This document shows, one piece after another, positions 1-9,391 of a DNA stretch of 60,296 bases. The notes below the pieces were generated by a model. The model ran no database searches. It worked only from the letters and a program-made list of their open reading frames with translations, and was not told the origin of the DNA. The stretch comes from an uncultured Gammaproteobacteria bacterium (GTDB lineage: Bacteria > Patescibacteriota > Patescibacteriia > Magasanikbacterales > GWA2-37-8), in the NCBI GenBank assembly GCA_964624315.1, contig CAZUWJ010000002.1, positions 1 through 60,296 of the forward strand, read 5' to 3'. The number at the start of each line of letters is the position of its first letter. The stretch's first letter is position 1. Made by a program: the position numbers and the translations under genes.

Positions 1-187
1 ACACTTTTTAAGTTTTCTTGTCCACAAAATTACAATTCAAAGAAATCATGATTTAAATACTGATTTAAATCAGTATTTCCTAACAACCCTCATCAAACAC
101 TCAAACCAAACAAAAAAGGGAGAAACGAAACGTCAGCTAGATTTTTCTTAAAATATGTTCGTATTTCGTCTAATACTCAGAGCAAAT

Positions 188-216
188 TTGCCAAAAACCT
201 TATTTTCCGCTAAAAT
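188..216 (+). promoter_or_regulatory. sigma70-like promoter upstream of gatB
   Basis: TTGCCA (188-193), 17-nt spacer, TAAAAT (211-216), about 27 nt before the gatB ATG. Confidence 0.4.
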
Positions 217-242
217 TGTAATATAAAATAAGATAAAAATCT

Positions 243-1790
243 ATGAATTTAACAACTATTATTGGAATGGAAATACACGTGGAACTCAAAACTGATTCCA
301 AGATGTTTTGTTCATGTAAAAATGACCCTAATAACTCAGCGCCTAACACCAATGTCTGTGAAATCTGCTTAGCCCACCCCGGAACACTACCTGTGCCAAA
401 CAAAAAAGCAATTGAATGGACTGCCAAAGTAGGAAAGGCTTTAAACTGCAAAATAAACGACGTTTCCAAATTTGATCGCAAACACTACTTTTATCCTGAT
501 CTGCCAAAAGGATATCAAATATCACAATACGACGAACCAGTGGCAGAACACGGATTTATAAATCTAGAATTTAAAACAGAAAAAAATCACCGCTCAAAAG
601 CTAAGATAGGCATAACCCGCGCCCACCTGGAAGAAGACACTGCCAAATTAACCCATGATAATGACGGAAACACCTTAGCTGATTTTAATAGAGCTGGCGT
701 GCCTCTCGTTGAAATTGTGTCTGATCCTGATATTCAAAGCTCTACCGAAGCCAAAAAATACTGCCAGGAATTACAGATGATTTTTAGAACTCTAAAAATT
801 AGTGACGCTAATATGGAAAAAGGACAAATGCGTTGTGAGGCTAATATTTCTGTCCAAGAAACAGGAAAATTTAAAATTGAAAATGGTTTAGTTGTGCCTT
901 TGGGCAATTATAAACTAAACAATAAGGTAGAATTAAAAAACCTAAACTCTTTTAAGGCAATAGAACGTGGAATAGAGTATGAAATAAAAAGACAAACTGA
1001 AATGATAAAAAAAGAAGAAGGGTGGATACAGCAAACTAGAGGCTGGGATGCAGACAAACAAGAAACAGTCTTGCAAAGAGAAAAAGAAACTTCAGCTGAC
1101 TATCGCTATTTCCCAGAACCAGACATTCCCCCATTTAATCCAATACAAATTGCAGGGGAGATACGTTTACCAGAGTTACCACAAGAAAAAAGAAAAAGAT
1201 TCCACGAAGAATACGGCTTTTCTTATGATGATAGTTATCTTTTGGCTTCATCTATTTTGTGGAGTGAATTCACTGAAAATGTTTTGAGTGAATTAGTTGA
1301 ATGGTTACACTCTATACCAGAAGTAAGCGGAGAAACTGATGAAATAAAAGTAAACAAAAAAAACAAAATTGCCCGTCTGGCCGGTGGCTTGATAACCAGC
1401 AAACTAATGGGGGCGATGATTGAAAGAAAAATGGATATAAAAGATTTAAAAATTAAACCAGAAAACTTTGCTGAGCTAATATCACTTATCTACACTAATA
1501 AAGTAAACTCCACTAACGCTCAAAAAATATTAATAGAAATAATAGATAGTGGAGTGGATAAAGACCCTAGTCATATTATGGAAGATCAAGGTTATGGACA
1601 AGTTGATGATGAAGAAAAATTAACCGCTATTATAGAAGAAATTATTAAAAATTATCCTAAACAAGTAACTGAATACAAGTCCGGTAAAGAAACAATCTTA
1701 AAATTCTTGGTCGGCATGGCTATGAAAGCTTCTGAAGGTAGTGCTAATCCTCGAAAAGTAGAAGAAATGCTAAAAGAAAAATTAAATTAA
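243..1790 (+). CDS. gatB: Asp-tRNA(Asn)/Glu-tRNA(Gln) amidotransferase subunit B
   Basis: 515-aa ORF. The N-terminus IIGMEIHVELKT..KMFCSC and the C-terminal YqeY-like tail are typical of GatB. Confidence 0.93.
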   Translation: MNLTTIIGMEIHVELKTDSKMFCSCKNDPNNSAPNTNVCEICLAHPGTLPVPNKKAIEWTAKVGKALNCKINDVSKFDRKHYFYPDLPKGYQISQYDEPVAEHGFINLEFKTEKNHRSKAKIGITRAHLEEDTAKLTHDNDGNTLADFNRAGVPLVEIVSDPDIQSSTEAKKYCQELQMIFRTLKISDANMEKGQMRCEANISVQETGKFKIENGLVVPLGNYKLNNKVELKNLNSFKAIERGIEYEIKRQTEMIKKEEGWIQQTRGWDADKQETVLQREKETSADYRYFPEPDIPPFNPIQIAGEIRLPELPQEKRKRFHEEYGFSYDDSYLLASSILWSEFTENVLSELVEWLHSIPEVSGETDEIKVNKKNKIARLAGGLITSKLMGAMIERKMDIKDLKIKPENFAELISLIYTNKVNSTNAQKILIEIIDSGVDKDPSHIMEDQGYGQVDDEEKLTAIIEEIIKNYPKQVTEYKSGKETILKFLVGMAMKASEGSANPRKVEEMLKEKLN

Positions 1791-1794
1791 AAAA

Positions 1795-1820
1795 AGCCTT
1801 GCTAACAGCAGGGCTTTTTT
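1795..1820 (+). terminator. intrinsic terminator after gatB
   Basis: Hairpin AGCCTTGCT-AAC-AGCAGGGCT (one G.U pair) followed by TTTTTT. Confidence 0.7.
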
Positions 1821-1835
1821 GTGGATAAATAACAT

Positions 1836-1864
1836 TTGACCTATACCCAATGATTTGCTATACT
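1836..1864 (+). promoter_or_regulatory. sigma70-like promoter for the carA leader
   Basis: TTGACC (1836-1841), 17-nt spacer, TATACT (1859-1864) with an upstream TG. Confidence 0.6.
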
Positions 1865-1881
1865 AATTTTAATATAAACAC

Positions 1882-1929
1882 ATGAAAAAATATATCGCAA
1901 AATTAATAAGTTTAAAAATAAACTGGTAA
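1882..1929 (+). CDS. 15-codon leader ORF (MKKYIAKLISLKINW) upstream of carA
   Basis: ATG at 1882 and TAA at 1927-1929. The stop abuts the 5' arm of the downstream terminator hairpin. Too short to appear in the ORF track. Confidence 0.3.
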   Translation: MKKYIAKLISLKINW

Positions 1930-1958
1930 TACCACCCGTAGCGGGTGGTATTTTTTTT
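1928..1958 (+). terminator. intrinsic terminator / candidate attenuator 8 nt upstream of carA
   Basis: ACCACCCG-TAG-CGGGTGGT stem (1931-1949) extended by A-T pairs, then T8 (1951-1958). The carA ATG is at 1967. Confidence 0.7.
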
Positions 1959-1966
1959 GAAAAAAC

Positions 1967-3025
1967 ATGAAATTTAATCCCTCACAACTAACCTTAAAAA
2001 ATAAAACAGTATTTACTGGTTTTTCTCCTACCTGGCAAAAAAATATTTCTTCTGGAGAAGTTGTTTTTACTACTGGTATGACTGGCTATGTAGAAAGTCT
2101 TACTGATCCATCTTATGCTGGGCAGATTTTAACTTTTACCTACCCTCTAATTGGTAACTACGGCGTACCTGATAAAAAATATTGGGAATCAAAAAAAATC
2201 CATGCCCATGGTGTAATAGTGGGTGAAGCTTGTTTAAACTGGAGTCACCAAGCAGGAAAAACTGGCTTACTAGATTGGCTCAAAGAACAAAATATCCCAA
2301 TCATTACTGATGTGGACACCAGGGCTCTCACCAAATTATTACGTGAACATGGTGTGATGCTGGGGGCTATCAATTGTTCTCAAAATAAATTAAAAAAAGA
2401 TTACAAATTTATTGACCCCAACAAAAACAATCTAATTGCCAAAGTATCTATAAATAAGAAAAAAACTTATGGTAAGAGCAATAAAAAAATCTTTGTAATT
2501 GATTGTGGTATGAAAGAAAATATCATGCGCTCACTTTTAAAATTTGATCTGAATATTGAACGCATACCATACAATTATGATTTTACCAATAAAAAATTTG
2601 CTGGTGTTTTTATATCCAATGGACCAGGAGATCCTCTAACAGCAAAAGAAACTGTAAAAATAATCCAAAAAGCCATGAAAGCTAAAAAACCAATTTTTGG
2701 AATTTGTCTTGGTGCGCAAATTATAGCTTTAGCAGCCGGTGCCAAAACCTACAAACTTCCCTATGGACATCGTGGACAAAACCAACCTTGTATTGAAACA
2801 ACGTCCAAACACTGCTATATCACTAGCCAAAACCATGGCTATGCTATAAATGAAAAAACCTTGCCAAAAAATTGGGAAGTAACCTTTAGAAATTTAAATG
2901 ATAATTCTGTTGAAGGTATTACTCACAAATCATTACCTTTTTTTGCAGTTCAATTTCATCCAGAAGCTACTCCAGGACCAACTGACACTGAGTGGCTATT
3001 TAAAAAATTTTATGACTCAATCTAA
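1967..3025 (+). CDS. carA: carbamoyl-phosphate synthase small (glutaminase) subunit
   Basis: 352 aa with the class I amidotransferase motif PIFGICLGAQ and the HGY/HPE catalytic region. Confidence 0.92.
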   Translation: MKFNPSQLTLKNKTVFTGFSPTWQKNISSGEVVFTTGMTGYVESLTDPSYAGQILTFTYPLIGNYGVPDKKYWESKKIHAHGVIVGEACLNWSHQAGKTGLLDWLKEQNIPIITDVDTRALTKLLREHGVMLGAINCSQNKLKKDYKFIDPNKNNLIAKVSINKKKTYGKSNKKIFVIDCGMKENIMRSLLKFDLNIERIPYNYDFTNKKFAGVFISNGPGDPLTAKETVKIIQKAMKAKKPIFGICLGAQIIALAAGAKTYKLPYGHRGQNQPCIETTSKHCYITSQNHGYAINEKTLPKNWEVTFRNLNDNSVEGITHKSLPFFAVQFHPEATPGPTDTEWLFKKFYDSI

Positions 3026-6000
3026 TTTTAAAAAAGTTTTAATATTAGGCTCTGGTGGCCTGCGTATTGGCCAAGCCGGTGAATTTGATTATTCTGGTTC
3101 CCAAGCTATCAAAGCTCTAAAAGAGGAAAATATAAAAACCATTCTTGTTAATCCTAATATAGCCACTGTTCAAACTGATAAAACCATGGCAGATAAACTA
3201 TATCTCCAACCTCTAAATACAGCTACGGTAACAAAAATTATTGAACAAGAAAAACCAGACGGATTATTACTTAGTTTTGGTGGACAAACCGCACTAAATC
3301 TAGGTTTGGAACTACACGAACAAGGAATTTTGAAAAAATACGGAGTTGAAGTTCTTGGCACACCAGTGGCAACTATAAAAATGACAGAGGATAGGAATTT
3401 ATTCAAAAAAGCTTTGAATGAAATAAAAATAAAAACTGCCAAAAGCTTTGCTGTAAATACAGTACCACAAGCTCTAAAAGCTGCAAAAAAAATTGGTTAC
3501 CCTATTATGCTACGCTCTGGTTATTCTCTTGGGGGATTAGGTTCTGGTGTTATTCATTCACAACAAGAACTGGAAGTTAAAGCAGTAGAATCTTTGCACG
3601 GTGCTCCACAAATTCTCATTGAAGAATATCTGGGTGGTTGGAAAGAAATTGAATATGAAGTGGTAAGAGATTGTGACAACAATACCATCACTGTGTGTAA
3701 TATGGAGAACTTTGACCCCATGGGAATTCACACTGGTGAAAGTATTGTTGTAGCCCCATCACAAACTCTTAACAACGAAGAATACCATCTCTTGCGTAAA
3801 ATCGCTATAAAAACAATCCAACATATTGGAATTATCGGTGAGTGTAATATTCAATATGCCCTCAATCCAAAAACTAGCGACTACAGAGTGATTGAAATTA
3901 ACGCCAGACTCTCTCGCTCCAGCGCATTAGCTTCAAAAGCCACTGGCTATCCCTTGGCTTTTATAGCAACAAAACTAGCTCTCGGTAAACGCTTAGACCA
4001 ACTCCAAAATACAGTAACAAAAAAAACCTCAGCTTTTTTTGAACCAGCCCTTGATTATTTAGTAATAAAAATGCCTCGCTGGGATATAGGTAAATTTAAA
4101 GATGCTCAGATGCGTATTGGCTCGGAAATGAAAAGCGTGGGAGAAGTAATGGCTATTGGACGTTCTTTTCCAGAAGCGCTACAAAAAGCTATTCGTTGTC
4201 TCAATATTGGTGCCGATGGATTAGACAATTATCCTTATGAAATTAAAGACTTGAAAGAAGAAACTCAGAATGCTACTTTTAGACGTCTATTTGCTATATA
4301 CCAACTCTTGAAAAAAAATACGAGTGTAGAAGAAATTCATAATCTATCACAAATAGACCCTTGGTTTATTCATCACCTACAATCCATTGTTAAAATAGAA
4401 AAAAATCTTAAAAAAGACAGGCTGAACACAACACTTTTACGACAAGCTAAACAAAATGGATTTTCTGATAAAACCATAGCTAGATTTACCAATAGTACTG
4501 AAAATAAAACTAGAAAAAAACGTCAGCAATACAAAATTACTCCAGTAATAAAACAAATTGATACTCTGTCTGGAGAATTTCCTGCTGAAACCAATTATCT
4601 ATATACCACCTATCACGGTAAATATCATGATATAAAACCTTCACAAAAAAAATCTACCATTGTGATTGGCTCTGGTCCATACTGCATTGGTTCTTCAGTA
4701 GAATTTGATTGGTGTGCAGTCAATACCGCAAGGTCCTTGCGTGAGATGAAAGAGCAAACTATTATTATAAATTCTAATCCGGAAACTGTTTCGACAGATT
4801 ATGACGAATCTGATCGTTTATATTTTGAAGAACTAACAGAAGAACGTATCAAAGATATCGCTGATTTTGAAAATCCTAAAGGTATTATTATTTCAGTAGG
4901 AGGACAAATTGCCAACAATATAGCTCTACCACTCTACAAAGCTGGCTACCCAATTCTTGGTACGAATCCACAAGACATTGACAGAGCTGAAAACAGACAA
5001 ATTTTTTCTGCCTTACTTAATAAATTAAAAATTGACCAACCTATTTGGCAAGAGGTCACAACTTTAAGCAAAGCCAAACAATTTGCCAAAAATATTGGCT
5101 ACCCTATTTTGGTGCGACCTTCCTACGTTTTATCTGGGGCAGCTATGAATGTTGTATATAGCGAACAAGAGCTACAGCAGTATCTAACAGAGGCTGGAAT
5201 TGTTTCGCCAAACCATCCAGTGGTTATGTCACAATTTATTACCAAAGCAAAAGAACTAGAACTAGATGGTGTGGCAAACAATGGAGAAATTATTATAGAA
5301 GCTATTGCAGAGCATCTAGAAAATGCTGGTGTCCATTCTGGTGATGCCACTATTGTTTTACCACCTCAACGATTATATTTAGAAACTATTCGTCGTACCA
5401 AAAAAACTGCTAGAGCAATTGTCAAAGCTTTGAATATTACAGGTCCATTTAATATTCAGTTTATTGCCAAAAATAATGATATAAAAGTTATCGAATGTAA
5501 TTTGCGTGCTTCTCGTTCGTTTCCTTTTGTTTCCAAAGTTACCAATTATAACTTTATTGATATTGCTACAAAAATTCTTTTAAAAAAACACTTACCCAAA
5601 ATATACAAAACTCTTGACCTAGATTATGTTGGTGTCAAAACATCTCAATTCTCTTATAATCGTATTAAGGGTGCCAATCCCGTGGCTCATGTAGAAATGG
5701 CTTCTACAGGTGAAGTGGCTTGTCTTGGTGACAATTATCTACAGGCTTTTTTTGCTTCCTGGTTTGCCACCGAACAATCTATAAAAGGAAAGAAAATTTT
5801 AATTAGTATTGGTGGAGATTATAACAAAAATAAACTTTTTGAGGGTATCCGAAAATTAGAAGAAAAAGGTTGGAAAATATATACTACAAACGGTACGCAT
5901 GACTTCCTGGCCAAACATGGTGTAGCTTCCAATTTTTTACACAAACTAAGCGCTAACCAAGAACCAAGTATTTCCAGTTCTATCCTTAAGCAAGAAGTTA

Positions 6001-6200
6001 ATTTAATAATTAACCTCTCTATTAATAACATCCCTAATAACAATACCGACGGTTACAAAATTCGTCGCCTAGCCATTGATCATCACATTCCTTTAATTAC
6101 CAATTTACAAATAGCAGATTTATTTCTCAATTGCCTAAGTGAAATAAAAATAGAAAAAATTCCTCTCAGATCTTGGCAAGAATACGTAAAAAAACCTTAA
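3012..6200 (+). CDS. carB: carbamoyl-phosphate synthase large subunit
   Basis: The ORF track starts at 2898, but the conserved N-terminus MTQSNFKKVLILGSGGLRIGQAGEFDYSG starts at ATG 3012. This overlaps the carA end by 14 nt. Two ATP-grasp halves and an MGS-like C-terminus are present. Confidence 0.93.
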   Translation: MTQSNFKKVLILGSGGLRIGQAGEFDYSGSQAIKALKEENIKTILVNPNIATVQTDKTMADKLYLQPLNTATVTKIIEQEKPDGLLLSFGGQTALNLGLELHEQGILKKYGVEVLGTPVATIKMTEDRNLFKKALNEIKIKTAKSFAVNTVPQALKAAKKIGYPIMLRSGYSLGGLGSGVIHSQQELEVKAVESLHGAPQILIEEYLGGWKEIEYEVVRDCDNNTITVCNMENFDPMGIHTGESIVVAPSQTLNNEEYHLLRKIAIKTIQHIGIIGECNIQYALNPKTSDYRVIEINARLSRSSALASKATGYPLAFIATKLALGKRLDQLQNTVTKKTSAFFEPALDYLVIKMPRWDIGKFKDAQMRIGSEMKSVGEVMAIGRSFPEALQKAIRCLNIGADGLDNYPYEIKDLKEETQNATFRRLFAIYQLLKKNTSVEEIHNLSQIDPWFIHHLQSIVKIEKNLKKDRLNTTLLRQAKQNGFSDKTIARFTNSTENKTRKKRQQYKITPVIKQIDTLSGEFPAETNYLYTTYHGKYHDIKPSQKKSTIVIGSGPYCIGSSVEFDWCAVNTARSLREMKEQTIIINSNPETVSTDYDESDRLYFEELTEERIKDIADFENPKGIIISVGGQIANNIALPLYKAGYPILGTNPQDIDRAENRQIFSALLNKLKIDQPIWQEVTTLSKAKQFAKNIGYPILVRPSYVLSGAAMNVVYSEQELQQYLTEAGIVSPNHPVVMSQFITKAKELELDGVANNGEIIIEAIAEHLENAGVHSGDATIVLPPQRLYLETIRRTKKTARAIVKALNITGPFNIQFIAKNNDIKVIECNLRASRSFPFVSKVTNYNFIDIATKILLKKHLPKIYKTLDLDYVGVKTSQFSYNRIKGANPVAHVEMASTGEVACLGDNYLQAFFASWFATEQSIKGKKILISIGGDYNKNKLFEGIRKLEEKGWKIYTTNGTHDFLAKHGVASNFLHKLSANQEPSISSSILKQEVNLIINLSINNIPNNNTDGYKIRRLAIDHHIPLITNLQIADLFLNCLSEIKIEKIPLRSWQEYVKKP

Positions 6201-6206
6201 TACCCA

Positions 6207-6234
6207 TTGACATAAAGTGCTAAAATTATATAAT
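6207..6234 (+). promoter_or_regulatory. possible internal promoter before pyrB
   Basis: TTGACA (6207-6212), 16-nt spacer, TATAAT (6229-6234). Confidence 0.4.
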
Positions 6235-6310
6235 AAAAAATTATTATTTAATCAAAATTTATGAAATCCTCACTATCAAAGAAATATTAAATCAGTATAA
6301 TTAATATAAT

Positions 6311-7234
6311 ATGCAAACAAACTTTAAAGGAAAAAGTATCATTTCAATTAATGATATATCTAAAACAGAGATACTACATATACTAAAACACGCTGAAAGT
6401 TTAAAGAAAAAACAACAACCAAATTTATTAAATGGACATATTATGGGCTCTTGTTTTTTTGAACCATCCACTCGCACTAGACTTTCTTTTGAAACTGCCA
6501 TGGAGAGGCTCGGCGGTCAAGTCATGGGATTTTCTGATGGCAAAGTAACCTCTGCCAAAAAAGGAGAAACCATTTATGACACAATGAAGATTATTGGACA
6601 ATACGCTGATGTGATTGCCATGCGCCACCCAATAGAAGGAGCTGCTCGCAGAGCTAGTGAAGCTACTGACAAACCAATTTTAAATGGTGGTGACGGAACC
6701 AATCAACACCCCACCCAAACTTTGCTTGATTTATTTACTATCAAAGAATGTCAAAAAAAATTAGCAGGTCTAAACATTGCTTTGGTTGGAGATCTAAAAT
6801 ATGGTCGCACCACTCATTCTCTAGCTCAAGCCCTAACACACTTTAATGCTCGTCTTTACTTTGTAGCACCAGATAGCTTACAAATGCCAAATTATATTTG
6901 CGAAGAATTAAAAGAAAAAGGTATAAAATTTTCCAAACATGAAAAAATAGAAAACATCATAAATAAAGTAGATATTTTGTATATGACTCGCATCCAAGCT
7001 GAGAGATTCTCTGACCCGATGGATTATGAGAGAGTAAAAAATGCTTTTATTTTAACAGAAGATATGTTGGGTAAAGTAAAACCAAACATGAAAATAATGC
7101 ATCCCCTACCTCGTGTTAACGAGATAGATACAAAAGTAGATAAAACAAAACATGCTTACTACTTTGAACAAGCTGAAAACGGTTTGTATGTTAGGCAAGC
7201 TCTCTTAGGCTTGATTTTGGGAAAACTTAAATAA
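6311..7234 (+). CDS. pyrB: aspartate carbamoyltransferase catalytic subunit
   Basis: 307 aa with the STRTR motif (FFEPSTRTRLSFE), HPTQ and the HPLPR motif. Confidence 0.93.
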   Translation: MQTNFKGKSIISINDISKTEILHILKHAESLKKKQQPNLLNGHIMGSCFFEPSTRTRLSFETAMERLGGQVMGFSDGKVTSAKKGETIYDTMKIIGQYADVIAMRHPIEGAARRASEATDKPILNGGDGTNQHPTQTLLDLFTIKECQKKLAGLNIALVGDLKYGRTTHSLAQALTHFNARLYFVAPDSLQMPNYICEELKEKGIKFSKHEKIENIINKVDILYMTRIQAERFSDPMDYERVKNAFILTEDMLGKVKPNMKIMHPLPRVNEIDTKVDKTKHAYYFEQAENGLYVRQALLGLILGKLK

Positions 7235-7248
7235 ATAAAAATAAAACT

Positions 7249-7713
7249 ATGACTCAAGATAAAAAATTATTAGTCAGTGCTATCAAAAACGGTACTGTCA
7301 TAGACCACATAGAAGCTGGTAATGCTTTAAAAATAATTCGTCTACTAAACTTACCCGCGCACAAAAAAATAGTGACTGTTGGATTAAATTTGCCAAGTCG
7401 TGTAATGAAACATAAAGATATTATAAAAGTAGAAGAAAGAGAAATAACTGAAGAAGAAATGAATCAAATCGCGATACTCGCCCCCAAAGCTTCTATTAAT
7501 ATCATTTGTGATTTTGAAATAATTAAAAAATTCAACGCAAAATTGCCAAAACAAATAGAACATATTCTAGTTTGTCCTAACCCAGACTGTATTACCAACC
7601 AAGAAAGAATGGACAGCCTTTTCCATGTTATAAAAAATGGAACCATAAAATTAAAATGTCATTATTGTGAAAAAATATTTAGTCAAGAAGAAATAAAAAA
7701 CTACAATACTTAA
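7249..7713 (+). CDS. pyrI: aspartate carbamoyltransferase regulatory subunit
   Basis: 154 aa with N-terminal VSAIKNGTVIDHI and a C-terminal zinc domain (CPNPDCIT...CHYC). Confidence 0.9.
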   Translation: MTQDKKLLVSAIKNGTVIDHIEAGNALKIIRLLNLPAHKKIVTVGLNLPSRVMKHKDIIKVEEREITEEEMNQIAILAPKASINIICDFEIIKKFNAKLPKQIEHILVCPNPDCITNQERMDSLFHVIKNGTIKLKCHYCEKIFSQEEIKNYNT

Positions 7714-7790
7714 AATGGAAATCAAAACTTGGAACAACAAAAAAATCAAGAAGCTGGTTGGAAAGCATATTTAGAAAGATAAAAAATAAT

Positions 7791-7829
7791 AAAAAACATA
7801 CCCCCGTTAAAACGGGGGTATGTTTTTTA
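7791..7829. terminator. bidirectional intrinsic terminator between pyrI and ruvA
   Basis: CATACCCCCG-TTAAAA-CGGGGGTATG flanked by an A-run and a T-run. Confidence 0.8.
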
Positions 7830-7845
7830 TTATAGCCAACCAAAC

Positions 7846-8415
7846 CTATCTCAATTTCTGCAAAGCCTCTTTTAATAACTGCTCACTAGTTTTATCTTTT
7901 ACTTCTAAATCTTTTATCATTTGTCTAGCCTGCATATTGTTATAACCCATAGCCATTAAACCATCTACCACGTCTCCCAACTTACCATCATCACCAAGTA
8001 ACAAATCGCCTATACCACCAACCTTATCTTTTAATTCTACCACTGTACGTTCAGCTGTCTTTTTTCCGATACCTGAAACTTTGGTTAAATAGGTAATATC
8101 TCCCCTACCGATAGCAGATTTAATCTCATTAACCTCTCCCAAACAAAGTAAATTTAAAGCACCTTTAGGGCCAATACCTGAAACACTTATTAAATTTATA
8201 AACAAATCTCTCTCGTCTCCACTGGCAAAACCGTATAAATCCAAAGCATCTTCTTTAACAGACAAATAAGTCAAAATATCGACTTCTTTATCTTTAGCAA
8301 AAACATCCAAAGCAGTCGGTTTAGTAAAAATTTTATAACCAACTCCGCCAGTAGTTATGACACTCAAAGTGCCATTTTTATTTTCTAATATTTTACCTCT
8401 TATAAGAGAAATCAT
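7846..8415 (-). CDS. ruvA: Holliday junction DNA helicase RuvA
   Basis: 189 aa with MISLIRGKI.. OB domain start and two HhH motifs (VSGIGPK, VSGIGKKTAER). Confidence 0.9.
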   Translation of the reverse strand: MISLIRGKILENKNGTLSVITTGGVGYKIFTKPTALDVFAKDKEVDILTYLSVKEDALDLYGFASGDERDLFINLISVSGIGPKGALNLLCLGEVNEIKSAIGRGDITYLTKVSGIGKKTAERTVVELKDKVGGIGDLLLGDDGKLGDVVDGLMAMGYNNMQARQMIKDLEVKDKTSEQLLKEALQKLR

Positions 8416-8418
8416 ATT

Positions 8419-9381
8419 TTATTTTTTCTTATTTCTACTTACTCTGATTAAACCACCAGCTGGCACGATATCTATTCCTTTTTTCTCTAACTCATCTAAA
8501 AATAAATTCATACCTAAGCTATCAGATGCAATATGTCCGGCTATAACTACATTCATATGATTTTCAGTGGCTTTATCGCGAGCCCCATCTCTCATATGCA
8601 TGCCAATAACTGTACTAACTCCATAACGAGATAATTCTTTATAAACCTTATCAGATGGACTAGTGCCACCAGTCATTTCAACTAAACTTTTACCCACTCT
8701 GTGTTTTGGATTACCGGTAAACAAACTTGGGCCAGCTCCACGCCTTTTGCCTTCTTGATATTCTGGAATTTCTAACAAACAATCAAGTAAATCTCCTATT
8801 AATCTTGGATTTTTTTTGGCAATATGACGATCTAAAAACTCAGTTACTAAATTATCAGTAATAGTATGAGTGTTTATCAAATTAACTTTTAAAAGTTCTG
8901 CCATGTTAATTATTTTGTAATGATTGGCAGGATGAACTCCACGTCCAACTTCTTTTATTCTTTCTTCCATTATTTTTTCAGCTACATGAACGGGTACGCC
9001 TGACTTAACAAATACTTCTACTTGCATATCCATAACAGTATGCAAGCTAGCTAAAGTCCTACCAATTGGATGATGAGAAATTAATAAATCAATCGGTTTT
9101 TTTCTTTCATTCAACTGAGAAGCTAAAATTATCTCCGCTTCATTAATATCAATACCTGTCAAAATTCTCTTAACTTCTGTTTTACCATCATCAACATGAA
9201 TACCACAATCATTATAAGGATTAACTAATTTACCTTTATCAAAATATTCTTTTTCACTTGGCTTCATATCTTCAAATGATTTCTTAACATCTGATAAATA
9301 TTCTGCCACGCCTTTAAGACCTCTGGGATCAGATTTGATACCCATTTTTACACCTAACTCAAATATATCTTTTACTTTCAT
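8419..9381 (-). CDS. NIF3-like (dinuclear metal centre) family protein, tentative
   Basis: 320 aa with LLISHHP and a C-terminal VIAGHIASDS, resembling NIF3/YbgI signatures. Assigned from motifs only. Confidence 0.4.
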   Translation of the reverse strand: MKVKDIFELGVKMGIKSDPRGLKGVAEYLSDVKKSFEDMKPSEKEYFDKGKLVNPYNDCGIHVDDGKTEVKRILTGIDINEAEIILASQLNERKKPIDLLISHHPIGRTLASLHTVMDMQVEVFVKSGVPVHVAEKIMEERIKEVGRGVHPANHYKIINMAELLKVNLINTHTITDNLVTEFLDRHIAKKNPRLIGDLLDCLLEIPEYQEGKRRGAGPSLFTGNPKHRVGKSLVEMTGGTSPSDKVYKELSRYGVSTVIGMHMRDGARDKATENHMNVVIAGHIASDSLGMNLFLDELEKKGIDIVPAGGLIRVSRNKKK

Positions 9382-9391
9382 ATTTTTACTA

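Noticed and set aside
52-78. AAATACTGAT-TTAA-ATCAGTATTT hairpin at the left edge, as a possible terminator
   Set aside because: The stem is almost entirely A-T with no clear U-run, and the upstream gene lies outside the window. It is too weak to call.
1866-1966. PyrR-binding anti-antiterminator upstream of carA
   Set aside because: No match to the ARUCCAGAGAGGYU binding loop was seen. The leader-ORF/terminator interpretation is kept instead.
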